This document shows positions 12,240 to 25,170 of a stretch of DNA of 64,000 nt, piece after piece. The position numbers and the translations under genes were made by a program. Below the pieces are notes generated by a model, which was given only the letters and a program-made list of their open reading frames with translations, was not told the DNA's origin and ran no database searches. Source of the DNA: Selaginella moellendorffii (lineage: Eukaryota; Plantae; Lycopodiophyta). Position 1 is the first letter of the stretch, and the number at the start of each line of letters is the position of its first letter. The stretch spans positions 1,243,395 to 1,307,394 of the forward strand of contig NW_003314274.1 of the NCBI RefSeq assembly GCF_000143415.4. Reading direction: 5' to 3'.

Positions 12240-15200
12240 CCACCCTTGATAATGCCTTTCACCTGGCATAATGTTATGAGATGTTGCTTCTTCCACTTCT
12301 CACTACACATCCTTCAGCTCCACTTCCTATGGGAGATGATTTTGTTCCAATGGAAGTTGATGTTGCTACTGTCCGAGTTCAAGGACAAGGGTAAGGATGT
12401 AGTCGTGGTCGTGATGTCCATTGTTGGGCATGTGATAAAGTTGGTCATACTTATCAGTGTTGTTAGTATTTTCTAGATTGGCAATCTCCATTTCCTAAGT
12501 GGAGACTTTGGCATCAACCGTCCTATTAGTGCTGCCATAGTGGAAGGTTTAAACACCAAGATGTATTTGGAACACAAGGAGTTGTATGAGTAGTGAAGGA
12601 ACCTTATGCAAATAAGTCAATGATCCCTCTATTTTTCATTCAAGAGTATCATCAAGGGTTTATTTGGCATTAATTCATCTAATGTTTAATTTCCAAGCTC
12701 ATTTTTATAACAAAAAGTCTCCTATTATTCTCTCTATATTAGTTGATATAGGTTTGAATTTATCTTCTATTACTCGACCTATTGCCACATGTTGCCGTCT
12801 ACATTTGCATCGTGCGGTAGAGCTAATTTTCATTCTTTATAACAACGGCTATACACACGTATATGTGTGGGATAAAGCGGATTTGGTTGTGTATATAGGC
12901 AATCCCAAGCTTGAGTTATAGTCATTGCGGGTGGTGCCGAGTCAAGCTTTTGACCTCATCCTTGGTATGAATTAGTTATAGCACAATCATGCCAAATGTG
13001 ACTTTAAGGTTTCTCCCCCCTATCTCATCTTCTTAATATTTCTTTCATTCCTTTACTTTTACCTTTACTTCCATCACTTTTGTTTCCCCTTTATTTCCTT
13101 TTAAGTTTTTGTCTTGTTCCTCTCTTTCTTTTTCCAATCCCTCCGACGGTCTTTGTGTTGCAGTAGTTGATGAATTCATGAAGAAGTATGTCAATCTCTT
13201 TGAATTTGACTTATCATCTAGGGCCAAGATTGCAACATATCATCCTATTTTAATTGAGAATGCTCGTTCAATCAAAAATTTTATTCATTGTCGGTTACCC
13301 AAAGAGATCAAAATTTTATATACTAACATCAAGAAGATGTATTTATTCAAAAATCATAGAGTCCTTAGGCGTGTGAACTTCATCTCATCCTAGATGTGTA
13401 CCCTCTTCCTCACATTATTAATATCTTGAATCATTTGGGAAAAAGTCATTGGTTCACCAAGTTAAATTTTACTTCTGGATACTAAGTTGAAGAAAATATT
13501 CCTAAGATTGCTTTTTGTACAATTTGGTTTGCATGCATTTTTGGTGATGCTGTTTGGTTTGAATAATGCTCCAACAACTTTCTAGCGGATGATAGACAAT
13601 GTTCTTTGTGATATGCCAGAGGTGACTACTGACTTCATCAATGATGTCTTAATCCACTCAGAAAGGATATGGGAGAAACACATCTGTGATATTCGTAAAT
13701 GTTGGATCAGCTAAGGGAAGTTAATTTAAAGTTGAAGAAGTCAAAGTGTGTGTTTGGGTCCAAAGACACAATTTATCTTGGATTCTATATTTCTCATAAG
13801 GGTTTGCAAGTTGATCATGATAAACTTATAGTTGCTAAAGTTCCTTACTCCAAAGTGTGCGAATGATGTGTAGTGCTTCTTGGGCAAAGTGCAATATCTC
13901 AATTGTTTTGTTGATCATCTTTTTTATTGCATTGCACCATTGCAAGTATTACTAAAGTTGTCAACGTCATTTTTGTGAGTAGATGTTTTTGTGGTCTGTA
14001 AATTGTGAGTAGATGTTTATGGATCTCAAAGAACTGTTGACGACTTTTCTAGTTTTGGCATATCCTAACTACACTTGTTCTTTCATTTTGTGTATAGATG
14101 CTTTTGATATTGATTTTGGATGTGTTGATGCAAGAGAGCCCAAGTGTGCCTAGTCAATGCCATCCCATTGCATATATCAACCATATATTACACCCAACGA
14201 AGGTGAACTACTCCACGACAAACAAAGAGTGTTTAACTTCAAGAAACTTCATACATATCTATATAATTCTTGGATGTTATTAAAAGGTGATCATGTTGCA
14301 ATTACTTTGTTATTGAAATGAAAGAACTTGGTTGGTTGTACTACTCAGTAAATATATGATCTTGATATTGTTCATCACCCGAGGAGTTCTGTTTGATGTT
14401 GATGCATTTTCTTGAGCTTTTCTTATTTCTTCACTCTTTTCTTATGTTTCTGACGAACTTGTTGTTCCAGCATCAGTGGATTTTTTGGATAAAGATTTTG
14501 TGCTGTCGGTGGTTGCCATACTTGACGTTCAATATTTACAAGGTGCAAAACAAGATTTACCTTTTATTGACAAGGTTTATAAGGCTCAAAAGATTGAGTC
14601 ATGGATTCAAAGGCTTTGCGATGGGTTTGAGAATCTTGCATCACTTACTGGTAACTTGCCATTTTGGCATTTACATTTTTAATATCATCTTGAGAATGGT
14701 CTTTTTTATTTTCTAGGGATGGATCATAATAATCATTTATGGCTAGTGGTGCCTTCAATCTTTATTCCATGCTTTCTATATGTCTACCATGATTCTCCTA
14801 TTCTATGTGGGCATATAGGACATTGTCATATGATTGAGAAGTTGCACAAGTTTTTTTATTGGCTGGAGATGCGATATGATGTTATCTAGTATGTGCGCAG
14901 CTACGTTTGGTGCCAAGCTCATAATACTCCCCTTTGTGTTGCAAAAGGACGGTTGGAATCAATTACAATTTCTCGTTCGTTTGAGTTGGTGGCATTTGAT
15001 TTGATGGGACTTTTTCCACAATCGACTGTTGGTAATGAGTATGTCATTATTACTTCTAACTACTTAACTTGCTAGGTGGAAGTCAGTATTCTTATTAGCC
15101 CATTTGCAATTGCTATTGGATGGTGTTCCAACATTATGTCCATAGCAGATTTTTTAAAATAATGGTCCTGTATTTATGGTTGAGGCATTTCACGTTTTGA

Positions 15201-16199
15201 TGTCTCAATTGGGGATACACCACACTTTCACGAGTGCTTGTCATTCATAGTCAGATGGTTTGGTAGAATGGCTTGTTTGGACATTCAAATGGATGATCAC
15301 GAAGTACGTGAACTTTTAGCATTCGAATTAGGATGGTTATTTGCCATCTCTTTAATATACATATGTCACAAGGGTGCAGAGTTCTATTGGTGCTTCACTA
15401 TATAAACTCATATATAGTTATAATCCAATACTACCAATAGAGTTAGGTTTACCATCGCAATTCCCACGGGCTACCAATGCTAAGTCGTGGGATTAGTATT
15501 TGATGAGCATTCTTCCACTTGTTCAAGCAGAGTCTCAAAGTGGATGACTTGGTGTTAATTCATTTTCCTAATCTTATGGTACGTGGTCTATTTAAAGTGC
15601 TCCTTGCTCATTGGAAAGGTCTATATCGAGTTTTGTGGCAAGTTAGACCACAAATTTATGAGGTTTGTCATGATATCCAGCAAGCCGATCCTCCAATACA
15701 AAATGTTTCAACTGTTGCATATACATAATTGCTGGATCTATAAATCTATTGATGCCTCCTTGGTGAAACTACAAAATCACCTCTACAATGATCTTGTGAA
15801 TCCTCTCTAATCTAAACTAGATCCAAACATAAAAAAGAAAGAAATACTTAGCCATGTGCTGTCGCAAAGATGTTGATGCTGAGATTGATGCACATCTCAC
15901 AGCCTTGATCCCCAGAAAGCAGTGAGTAAGATAGGCATGGAAGAGAAGAGTAGATGTTGAGCAAGTGGAGTGTATATTATTATGGCCAAGGATATAAAAG
16001 ACAGAAAGGGGATAGGTCCGGCGTGCTATCACCAGCCTATATAACCACTACATGCCCAGTCATCCAAGTCAAGAATTTAGACCGGGAGAAATCCTGATCT
16101 CAATTCTTGACTCAAGAAATGCCTTTGTGCGAAAATCACGATGCAAAATGCATGTACCTCTCTACTCTCCGACAACTAGAGTTGAGCGGCTCTTGCAGC

Positions 16200-17880
16200 T
16201 CAAGCTTCCATTGTGGTGGTGGTAGCAGTTGTGGTGTTAGCCTCTGGTTCTTCCTCAAAGTCCTCGAGCTCGTCGTGAGTGTAGTTCTTTATGGCAGTCT
16301 TGAGCACCTGTAGTCGGGCCTTGAGCTCCATGTTCTCTTTGGTGAGGCGGGCATTCTCGAGTTGGTACTGCTGCGCTAACTCGAAAGATTCTCGGCAAGT
16401 GTTTTGTGTTGGGAGTCCATGAGCCTGTATAGTACGAAGGATTCCCTTTACCTGATCGAGTTCCTGAGCCATGCTCGCCATTTTCTCCTCGTGTGGACGT
16501 GCAAAAACATTGCGGAAGAAGCTCTCCATTCCGTCCCATGTGTACACCGCCATGTTGGAATTATGGTATTGCTCCAGGAAGTTTGTAGGCATGGGACAGA
16601 TCACTTTTGGTTGTTGCTGGTCCTGATGATGATGATGCTCCTGCTGCTCCGAATTGTAGTGGTGGCGCTTGTTGTTCACGCACTCATGATGAAATTGGCA
16701 TTGCATTGTTGAACGAGGAGGCTACATGTTGTCGGTAGTGGTGTCTGGAGTAAATGTCTGTTGCGTCTCAGCTGGCTGCTGTAGCTCAGTTGGCTGCTGC
16801 AGCAAAGATGGCTGCTCCTCAGCACGCTGGTGTGGTGAAGATAGCTGCTCAACAGGCTGTGGCAATGATTGTTGGTGCTGCTCGACTAGCTGCAACGGTG
16901 GAGACTGCTGCTCGACGGGCTGCAACGGTGGAGACTGCTGCTGAGGCTGGTGTTGCTCGGCGGTCTGCTCCGTGGGTGGTTTGTAAAAAATGTTGTGCCC
17001 CTGCTCAACGGAGGGTGGATTTGTAACTGTCTCAGGATTTTCAAGAATATCCTGCATCAGCGAAATATGATCCTCCACTGGAATTGTTGTACCTAGAGAC
17101 AGAGGTTGTGCCGGTTCCTGCGGTGGTGATGGTGGCAAATCCGGCTGCGGTGAGCTAGGAGGCTGCAAGCTCCTCGTTGGTGGCTGTGTAGGTGCCAAAC
17201 TCTGCTGCCGTTTTGTTTTGGTTCTAGAAGTTCTTTTTGGTTGTTGTCGTCTTGGCACCGTGTGTTGGATCGTTTGCACATCACTATCGTCACTATCAAC
17301 CTATGGAGGCGCAATGTTTCTTCGTCCTTGTCCCCGTGTCTTTCTTCGTGGAGTTGTTACTGTCTTTCGCTGGACCTTTTTCTTCTCGGTATTCATCAAG
17401 TGTTCTTCAGCTTGGCACTTTGAACTTTTTGTGGCTTCATGCTGTGGAGGCAGAGGTGGTGGACTGTAGATCACCATTGCTTGTTTTCTATGCATGATAA
17501 TGGCTCGGACATACGGTAGTATCAGTGTCCTCACACATTTCTTCGTGTTGAGTTCTCCTGCCACCTTCTTAAGTTCTCTGCGAAACTTCAGGATCACATA
17601 TCCTGCTAAATCCACTTTCTTCCCAGCTTGTAGATCCTCGTAAATGAAGGCCACTAATCTGCTCACTGTCATGGCTGTCTTCCGAAATTCCAGGTTGAGA
17701 ACGAGGAACTTGAATATTTTGTATAGCTCGTCTTTGACGTTGGAGAATTGCAAACTAAGCGCCGAGTTGTAGCTCTCGGGATCTTTCATGATGTCGTGAC
17801 TTAAAGCCCTTGTGCGTGGAGCAGAGACTGGCTTGCCTTCGTCTGGAAGACATAGAGCTGCTGCCAGGTGTTTGCATACT
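16200..17880 (-). pseudogene. Post-pol accessory ORF (Athila ORF2/env-like) with Q/P-rich and coiled-coil parts, fragmented
   Basis: ORFs 17301-18044, 16722-17279 and 16200-16706. The segment RLVAFIYEDLQAGKKVDLAGYVI..LILPY resembles the plant-transposon-protein domain of Athila-like accessory ORFs. Confidence 0.55.
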
Positions 17881-20800
17881 TGTGATCTTGAATGGTCCTT
17901 CCCATTGATGTACCAATTTGCCTCCGATTTTGTCAACATTTCCTCTATACCATAGAACAAAATTTCCAACTTCAAATCTATCTGTTTTCTTTTTAGTCTG
18001 TTTTCTATCGTGATAAGCTTTTCTCCTTGCTTGTATGGCTTCAATTATCCATAAAGCATATAATCTTTCTTCATCTAACTTTTCTAGCATAGCCAATCTT
18101 TTCTTGATTGATTCATCTTGATTAATTTGCAGCTGAATTGCCATTCTCAAGGATGGTACAGTATATTCTAATGGTGTCAAAGCTTCAAGTCCATAAGCTA
18201 ATTTGAACGGAGTTGAATTTGTTGAAACTTTATATACTGTTCTATAAGCCCAAAGAGCATCATAGACTCTATTATCCCAATCTTTAAGATTGGTTTGCAC
18301 TATTTTCTTCAATATATTCTTGAGTGTTTTGTTTGTGGATTGGGCTTGGCCATTGCCTTGTGGATAATATGGTGTAGATTTCTTATGTTTGATGAAGAAT
18401 TTGTCTAGTAAAATTTTGATTGTTTCATTGAGGAAATGTGTTCCTCTATCCGTTACTATTTCTCGAGGTAATCCATATCTTGTGATAATCGTTTCATAAA
18501 GAAATTTTGGTGAATTCTTTGCTGTTGCTTTCTTGAGTGGTTGGGCTTCTGCCCATTTTGTCATATAATCTGTTGCTACCAAAATATATTGATTCCCATT
18601 TCTGCTCTTTTGTATGGGTCCTACAAAATCTAGGCCCCATCTTTGGAAAGGTTCCATTGCTATAGTCGGATTCAGTTCTTGTATTTGTTTCTTGGGTGGA
18701 AATTGTGTACGCTGACAAATATCACAAGTTTGACAAAACTGTGAAGTGTCTTTCCATAATGTAGGCCACCATAGGCCTGCTTGCAATATTTTCCTTGCCG
18801 TAATTTCTTCTGCAAAATGCCCTCCAGAGCAACCAGCATGGGCTTTTTCTAGTAACATGTGTATCTCTTATTGCGAACGTACACATCTTCTTAATATATT
18901 ATCATGTCCAATTCTATAGAGTCTTCCTCCGACGACTGAGTATCGTCGTGTCCTCAAGACAAATTGTTTCCTTTGATCTTGCGTGGTACATGTTGTGGGA
19001 ACCTTTGTAGATGTTAAATAATTAAAGATTTCTTGAAGTGTATCGTGGGTGGTAATCTTAAAAAGATGTGAATTAGGTAAGTCATCGTTGGGGTCTTGTA
19101 TATTTTCTCCGGTTGTAATTCTACTGAGATGATTAGCTTGTTCATGGTATTGGCCCGGTTTGTGAACTATTTCGAAATTGAATTCTTGTAATAACAAAAA
19201 CCATCTTGCTATTCGTCCACTAAGGATGGGTTTGTTGAGTAGATGAATCAATGCTTGATGATCAACGAATATTTTGACTTTGTTGGAAAGTAAATAATGC
19301 TGAAATTTGGTCAAGGCATATATCATGCCTAAGGCTTCTTTTTCTGTGGTTGTATAATTCATTTCAGGTGGAGAAAGTCGTCGACTTGCATAATATATGG
19401 GGTGATCACGATGATCATCTTTTCTTTGGCAAAGAATTGCTCCTAGGGCATAATCAGAAGCATCAACTTGTACGAGAAATTCTTGAGTCCAGTTTGGTTG
19501 GACCAGAATTGGTGCCTGTGTAAGTTTTTCTTTGAGTACCAAGAATGCTTGCTGACATTCTTGAGTCCAGTGATAGAATTTGTCTTTCTTAAGTAACTCA
19601 GTTAATGGTGTAGCGATGTGGGCATAGTCCTTGATAAATCTTCTATGGTAACCCATCTTGCCCAGAAAACTGCACAAGCTTTTAAGATCATGAGGTGGTT
19701 GCATTTTCATAATGACGTCAGTTTTAGCTTTATCGATTTGAATGCCTTGAGTGGAAACAATGTGGCCAAGTAGTATGCCTAATTTAACAAAGAAAGTACA
19801 TTTTTCAGGATTCAAAGCAACTTGGTTTTGTCTACATTTAATAAAACATTTCTCGAGGTATTCAAGGTGTTTGTCTTTAGATCCAAAGACACTAAAGTCA
19901 TCCATAAAGACTCACATGAAATCTGTGAGATAATCTTGGAAGGTATCAGTAATGATCCGTTGAAATGTAAATGGGGTATTGGTTAATCCAAATGGCATTC
20001 GCGTGTATGCGTATGCTCCCCATGGACTTATGAAAGCCGTTTTATGTTGATCCTCGACAGCTATATGTACTTGATTATAGCTTGAAAAACCGTCAAGAAA
20101 TGAGTACATCTCATGTCCAGCAACGGCATCAAGTATTTCATCTGAAAATGGGATGGGAAAGGCATCTTTCGTTGTGGCATCATTTAACTTCTTGTAGTTT
20201 ACACAGATGTGTAATTTCCCATTTTTCTTGGGTACAATGACTAAAGGTGATAGCCATTGGGCATTTTGTATTGGATATATGAATCCTGCTTCAAGGAGCT
20301 TGTTAATTTCAGCTTTTACTTTCTCAGTGAATGTTGGATTCATCCGGTAAGCAGTTTGTTTAATGGGTTGAACTCTTGGAAGTAATTCGAGTCGATGTGT
20401 ACATAATTCAGGTGGTATACCCTTGAGGTCTTTATATGACCATGCAAAGACATCTTTATACTTAGTAAGGAGCGTAGTAGCCTCAAGTTTAAATGGTTTG
20501 TCGAGTTGTGTAGCTATTAAGATGTTTTGTGGGTTTGAGGGAACCCCTAGATTTAATTCTTCAATATCTTCATTGATATTTACGCGAAGTTTGAATTCTT
20601 GATTCTCAGTGGTAAGTGCTGGTTCGTCTTGTATATCTAGGTGATATTCCGTAGTTTGTAGTTGTTCGGGTTGTATCGCTGGTCTTGCTTTTTGTATGAT
20701 GGTTTTTGTTATATGTCTCTTCTTTAAATTAGGTTGTTTTGAATCTTCATAGTCTTGACACTTGGTTATAGAGAGGATCCTGTTGAGGTCAATTTCTTGA

Positions 20801-23336
20801 ATTGCCTTAAGTTTAGGATATGCTTCAAATAATTTAGCTTCTTCAAGATCATTTAAGCCTTCTTGCCAATTGTATTCTTGAACTTGTGTTGGTCGGAAAC
20901 TTCTTGAGATTTTCTTGCTTGTCAATGTTGATATTTTAGTTTGTCCTTGTTGGGATTGGATACATATCTCATGTTCCATCCAATACTAAGTAGAAACAAC
21001 TTTGTTAAGCCAAGGTCTGCCTAACAAAATTTCGTAAGAAGATTCTTCAATCGGCATCTTTAACACAACAAAGTTAACTTTAAATTTATGTCCTTTGATT
21101 GTCATAGAGACATCACGAATGATGCCTACTGGTCTGACAACTCTTTGATCAGCCATGCATACATTGAATGGTGCAGCTTGTATATTGCCCAATCCTAAAG
21201 CTTTGCATAGTGCATATTCGATGATATTAACCCCAGAACCTCCATCAAGGATAGCTCTTTCAATATGAGTTTTGCCGATGTGTACGTTGATACAAGGTAC
21301 ATTATCATCATAATCACCAGGTTGGATTCTGTCAACTTGTTCTTGTTGTGTTGGTTGGGATTGGTGTTTTTCTTGTGTGCGAGCTGCAGGGATCCTTCGA
21401 TTACAGATCTTCAAGATTTGGTATTTCAAATATGGTGCTATTTGCAATATTTGTTGTAGGGTTAAAGTAATTCCCTGCTGTAGTATGTGCTCAGCAATGG
21501 TTGTATGCTCATCTTGAGTAAAGTTTAATACTTGAGTTTGGTCGTCTTGATTGTATATTTGATCATTAATAATTTCGGGATCTTTGTTTTGAAGCTCTTG
21601 TTGAATGGTGTTAAGTATTTTCTTACTCTTTTTCCACTCGGTATTCTTGATTTCTATCGTGTGATCACTTTCATCTTGTTCTTCAGGGTTATCAGGTTGT
21701 TGACATTCATATTGTGTTCTTGTGATTGCTAAAACTTCTGGTTCCTCAGTCCTTAGTTGTTCGTCATCTTCTACATCAACTTCTGCTTGAATTACTCGTG
21801 CTGCTGGTGGTCCTCCAGCAAGAGCTTGATTGACTCTTTGGTTTTGTGGATTGTATTGTTGTCGAATTGGATTTTCTTGTGGTTGATTTTGTCTTGGTTG
21901 ATAATGCTGTTGCGATGCTTGATTGTTGTAATTGTTATATTGCCTTTGTTGGCTTTGGTTGTAGTTGTTCCATTGTGGACGTTGATAATTGTTTTGGTGT
22001 CCATTGTATCGTTGTTGGTTGTAATTGCTTCTATAATCATTCTGTTCTTGATTATAGTTTTGATTTTGTGGGGGATTATATCCATGATTATATCCTTGAT
22101 TATATTGTTGATTATCTTGATAATAATAGTTTTTTGGTGGTCTTTGTTCTTGAGTGTTGTTTCCTTGATAATTTTGTCGTGGTGTTCCTTGTTGTACATT
22201 TTCCACTCTTGAAACTTCAGTGGTATTCCTATACCGACAATTCTTGGCTATATGTCCTTCTCTATCACAAATCTGACATTTTGGTAATTGGAATTTACAA
22301 TCTGAAACAGAATGTCCTTCATTTTGCATTTTGTACAAAAGACTCCTTGTTTAAGTTCTGTTGAAGCTAACTTCTTCAATACATGTCTAATGTCTTTTCC
22401 CTGTGTCTGTTTCTTTTTGGTCCTAATTAGTATTTCTTCCTCTTCATCATCTGAGTCATCATTAACATGAGAAGATTCACCTTTAGTGAACTGCCTAAAC
22501 CGTTTCTCAAGTTTTAAGATTCCTTGAGACAGTGCATCAACACTTTCTTCATCTGGTGTATCAGCCAATGCAATCATGTTACGATAGGCTTCTCACAATC
22601 CTTGTATATAAGACAAACTCTTGCCTTTGTCGGTGATGAGATCTTTACATTTCTTTGCATGTAATTTGAATCGTCTAGTATAGTCTTGAATTCCTTCCTT
22701 TGGTCGCTGTTTTATATTCTTGATGTGCTCATAATGCTCCTCTGGTGTTCCCCCAGCTGGGAATTGTTCCTTGAATTGTTCAAGTTTCTCGTCATGTCGT
22801 ACAGAATCCTCTAGTGTATGATACCACTCAAGAGCTTTTCCTTTAAGTGTGTATGGGAAAAGTATGGCTTGATGTTGTTCTTGATTGTTCATTTTAACAA
22901 TCTGGTTGAATTGCTTTACATGTAATTCTGAATCTTCGGACTTACTTCCTGTGAAAATTGGATATGTAACCATGCTTCCAATTGTACTCATCGGATTAAT
23001 GATTGCCATAGGTGGTTGTAGACTTTGTTGGTTAAGTTGTTGTTCTGGTGAGTCCGGATTTGAGTAATCTGGTGCTGTGTATTCTGCTTCTTCAAATGCC
23101 TCAAACTCTGGGGCGTCTTTGATATTCAGTTCCTTGTTATCTTTAACTGGGTTGCTCGACTCAGCAACTTGAATTTGTTTATCCTCTTTGTCATACTTGT
23201 TTAAAATTGTTTCTAAAATTTGTTGCTGTTGTTGTTCTAATTTCTCTTTTTCTACCTCTTCCTTTTTCACTTCTCGATTCTTTTGTCGAAGATCTCTTTC
23301 CCAGATCTTGATTGGGTCTGGTTTCTGTTTGTTCAT
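17755..23336 (-). pseudogene. gag-pol polyprotein with four in-frame stops and one frameshift
   Basis: Gag (KALEWY), two zinc knuckles, protease ILDGGSG, RT FMDDFSVFG, RNase H DASDYALGA, integrase GGHF/CDICQR/WGLDFVGP/TDRG. In-frame stops at 22593, 20986, 19912 and 18868; frameshift near 22325. Confidence 0.93.
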
Positions 23337-24315
23337 TCAGTTTGCTAAGTCTTCTCAACTTAAATGTCGAGGTAAGTTTCCTGAAGTTGTGTTTCGCCTA
23401 AATTGTCTTGAGTCAATTGTTGTTCTTCATAGATTGCAAAGTCAAGCTCTTACGTCTTGAGTCTTCTGCAAATTTAGTTTTGTTGTATAAATACGAAGTC
23501 AAGCTCTTGTGTCTTGAGTCTTCAATCGAGTTTTTCTTTCTTTCTCGATTCTTCCCGAGTTTCTTCTCGAGGTCACTTTCCTGAGTCTAGCTTAGGAAAG
23601 GTCTTGTATTTGAAAAATCAGATGGTGTAAGTATGCACTATTTTGTTTGTTGGAAGGAGGTCTGTGTTGTCATAAATTGATTGATTTAACTGTTCGCTGG
23701 TAAATTTTGGATACTGCTCACCAACTTTGGGATCGAGCAGGTATGCAAATGTTTGCAATTCTCTCTAGTAGTCCAATCTTGAATAATTGTTTTCTTATAG
23801 TGTGTTGGTTGTTTTGGAATGCAAGCTCTCACTACAAGCTATTATGTTTTCCAATCGTTGGTAAGATTTGAAGATGCTAAATACAGCAGTGGTATTTTTA
23901 ATGCCTTGATTCTTGTTGCTGTAAGCCTATGTGTGCGCAATTCTATCTAATGCGCTTTTCTCTATGGTCGATGTTGTGATGGTGCATTTCCCTGAGGCCG
24001 TTCTTGCCGGTCTTGTTCTACTTCCCTCTGTTGTATAGCACGTTCTCTTCCACGATCAGAGTCTATCACTTCACGAACTTCCCAAGGTATAGTCTCAATT
24101 AATATTCTTGCATTGTAAGTTTGTAATCTTGACACAGGATCTCTTAAAATACTCCTTAAAATGTTGAAATTTCTTAAACGCACTCTTCCTTGTTGGTTGT
24201 GAGTGATATATATTTCTAAGCTGGGGTTTCGACGTTGGACCTCAGTGTCAAAGTTGAAGTTTGTTACTGTATTTAATATTGGCCTATTGTGATTCTGTCT
24301 TAAATTTCTCCTCCT

Positions 24316-24819
24316 TCAACTTGTTATCCTCGAGTTTCCAAGTCGTTCCCTTGAACTTGACTCAAGTTCAGGTTCCCGTCGGTTTCTTAATCTCGAATTC
24401 CGAATTTGATTTTGTTGATGGCCTTGTTCTTGATTCCTTAATTCTCCAGCTATCCTTGTCCGTCCTAAACGATGCCAATATGCTATAGTGTATAGTTCGT
24501 TAAGGGTGCTTGTTGGTAGAGTTACACCCAGAGGACTTTGAAGAAGTCGATAAAGTAATTTTGCATTCTCTTCAAAATCCCTAAATCTAAGTGTGTCAAC
24601 AAACCAACAAACTTGTGGTTCAATGGTTCCACACTCTGTTGCTGCTATAACTCTCGTCAAATCAGTGTTGAAAACAAACGTTAATGGTTGAAAAGTTTCA
24701 CGTTTATGTACGCCTAGAAATTCGATAATTATCTGTTGAAAGATGTGTCCACGATACACCCAAGTTAGGGTTCTTCGAGTTGCAAAGAAATCGAAGTAAA
24801 CATGTTTTTCTTTCAACAT
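24316..24819 (-). CDS. Unknown 167-aa ORF upstream of gag
   Basis: Sense-strand ATG ORF between PBS and gag; no family recognised. Confidence 0.4.
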   Translation of the reverse strand: MLKEKHVYFDFFATRRTLTWVYRGHIFQQIIIEFLGVHKRETFQPLTFVFNTDLTRVIAATECGTIEPQVCWFVDTLRFRDFEENAKLLYRLLQSPLGVTLPTSTLNELYTIAYWHRLGRTRIAGELRNQEQGHQQNQIRNSRLRNRREPELESSSRERLGNSRITS

Positions 24820-24840
24820 TTCCTCATTTTCGCATTCTTC

Positions 24841-25170
24841 CTATTTGCTAGACAATTTGTAAAAGAGTCGCAAAAGTGTTTCTTGAAGTTTTTGAAAGCA
24901 ACCAAAACTTTGTTTCTCTTCTTTTTCTAAACTATCGTTACTCTTTTTAGTGTCATCTTCTTGAGCTATTTCTTCCTGTTTCTTTCTCTCTTCTACTGTA
25001 GCACTCTCATCCCTGATTCGGAGTCTTTCTTTCACTTGCTTGCAAATGTTGCATTGCCATTTTGGATAGCATTGCTTGTATGGTTTTGCACAATTTCTGA
25101 AACCACACAAAAGGCAATCCTCGTATCTTGTACAGCTTGTGTCTCCAAATGGGCAGTTGTGCTTTTTCAT
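24841..25170 (-). CDS. Cys-rich 109-aa ORF upstream of gag, possibly zinc-binding
   Basis: CPFGDTSC..CLLCGFRNC..C..CNIC followed by a charged helix. Confidence 0.45.
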   Translation of the reverse strand: MKKHNCPFGDTSCTRYEDCLLCGFRNCAKPYKQCYPKWQCNICKQVKERLRIRDESATVEERKKQEEIAQEDDTKKSNDSLEKEEKQSFGCFQKLQETLLRLFYKLSSK

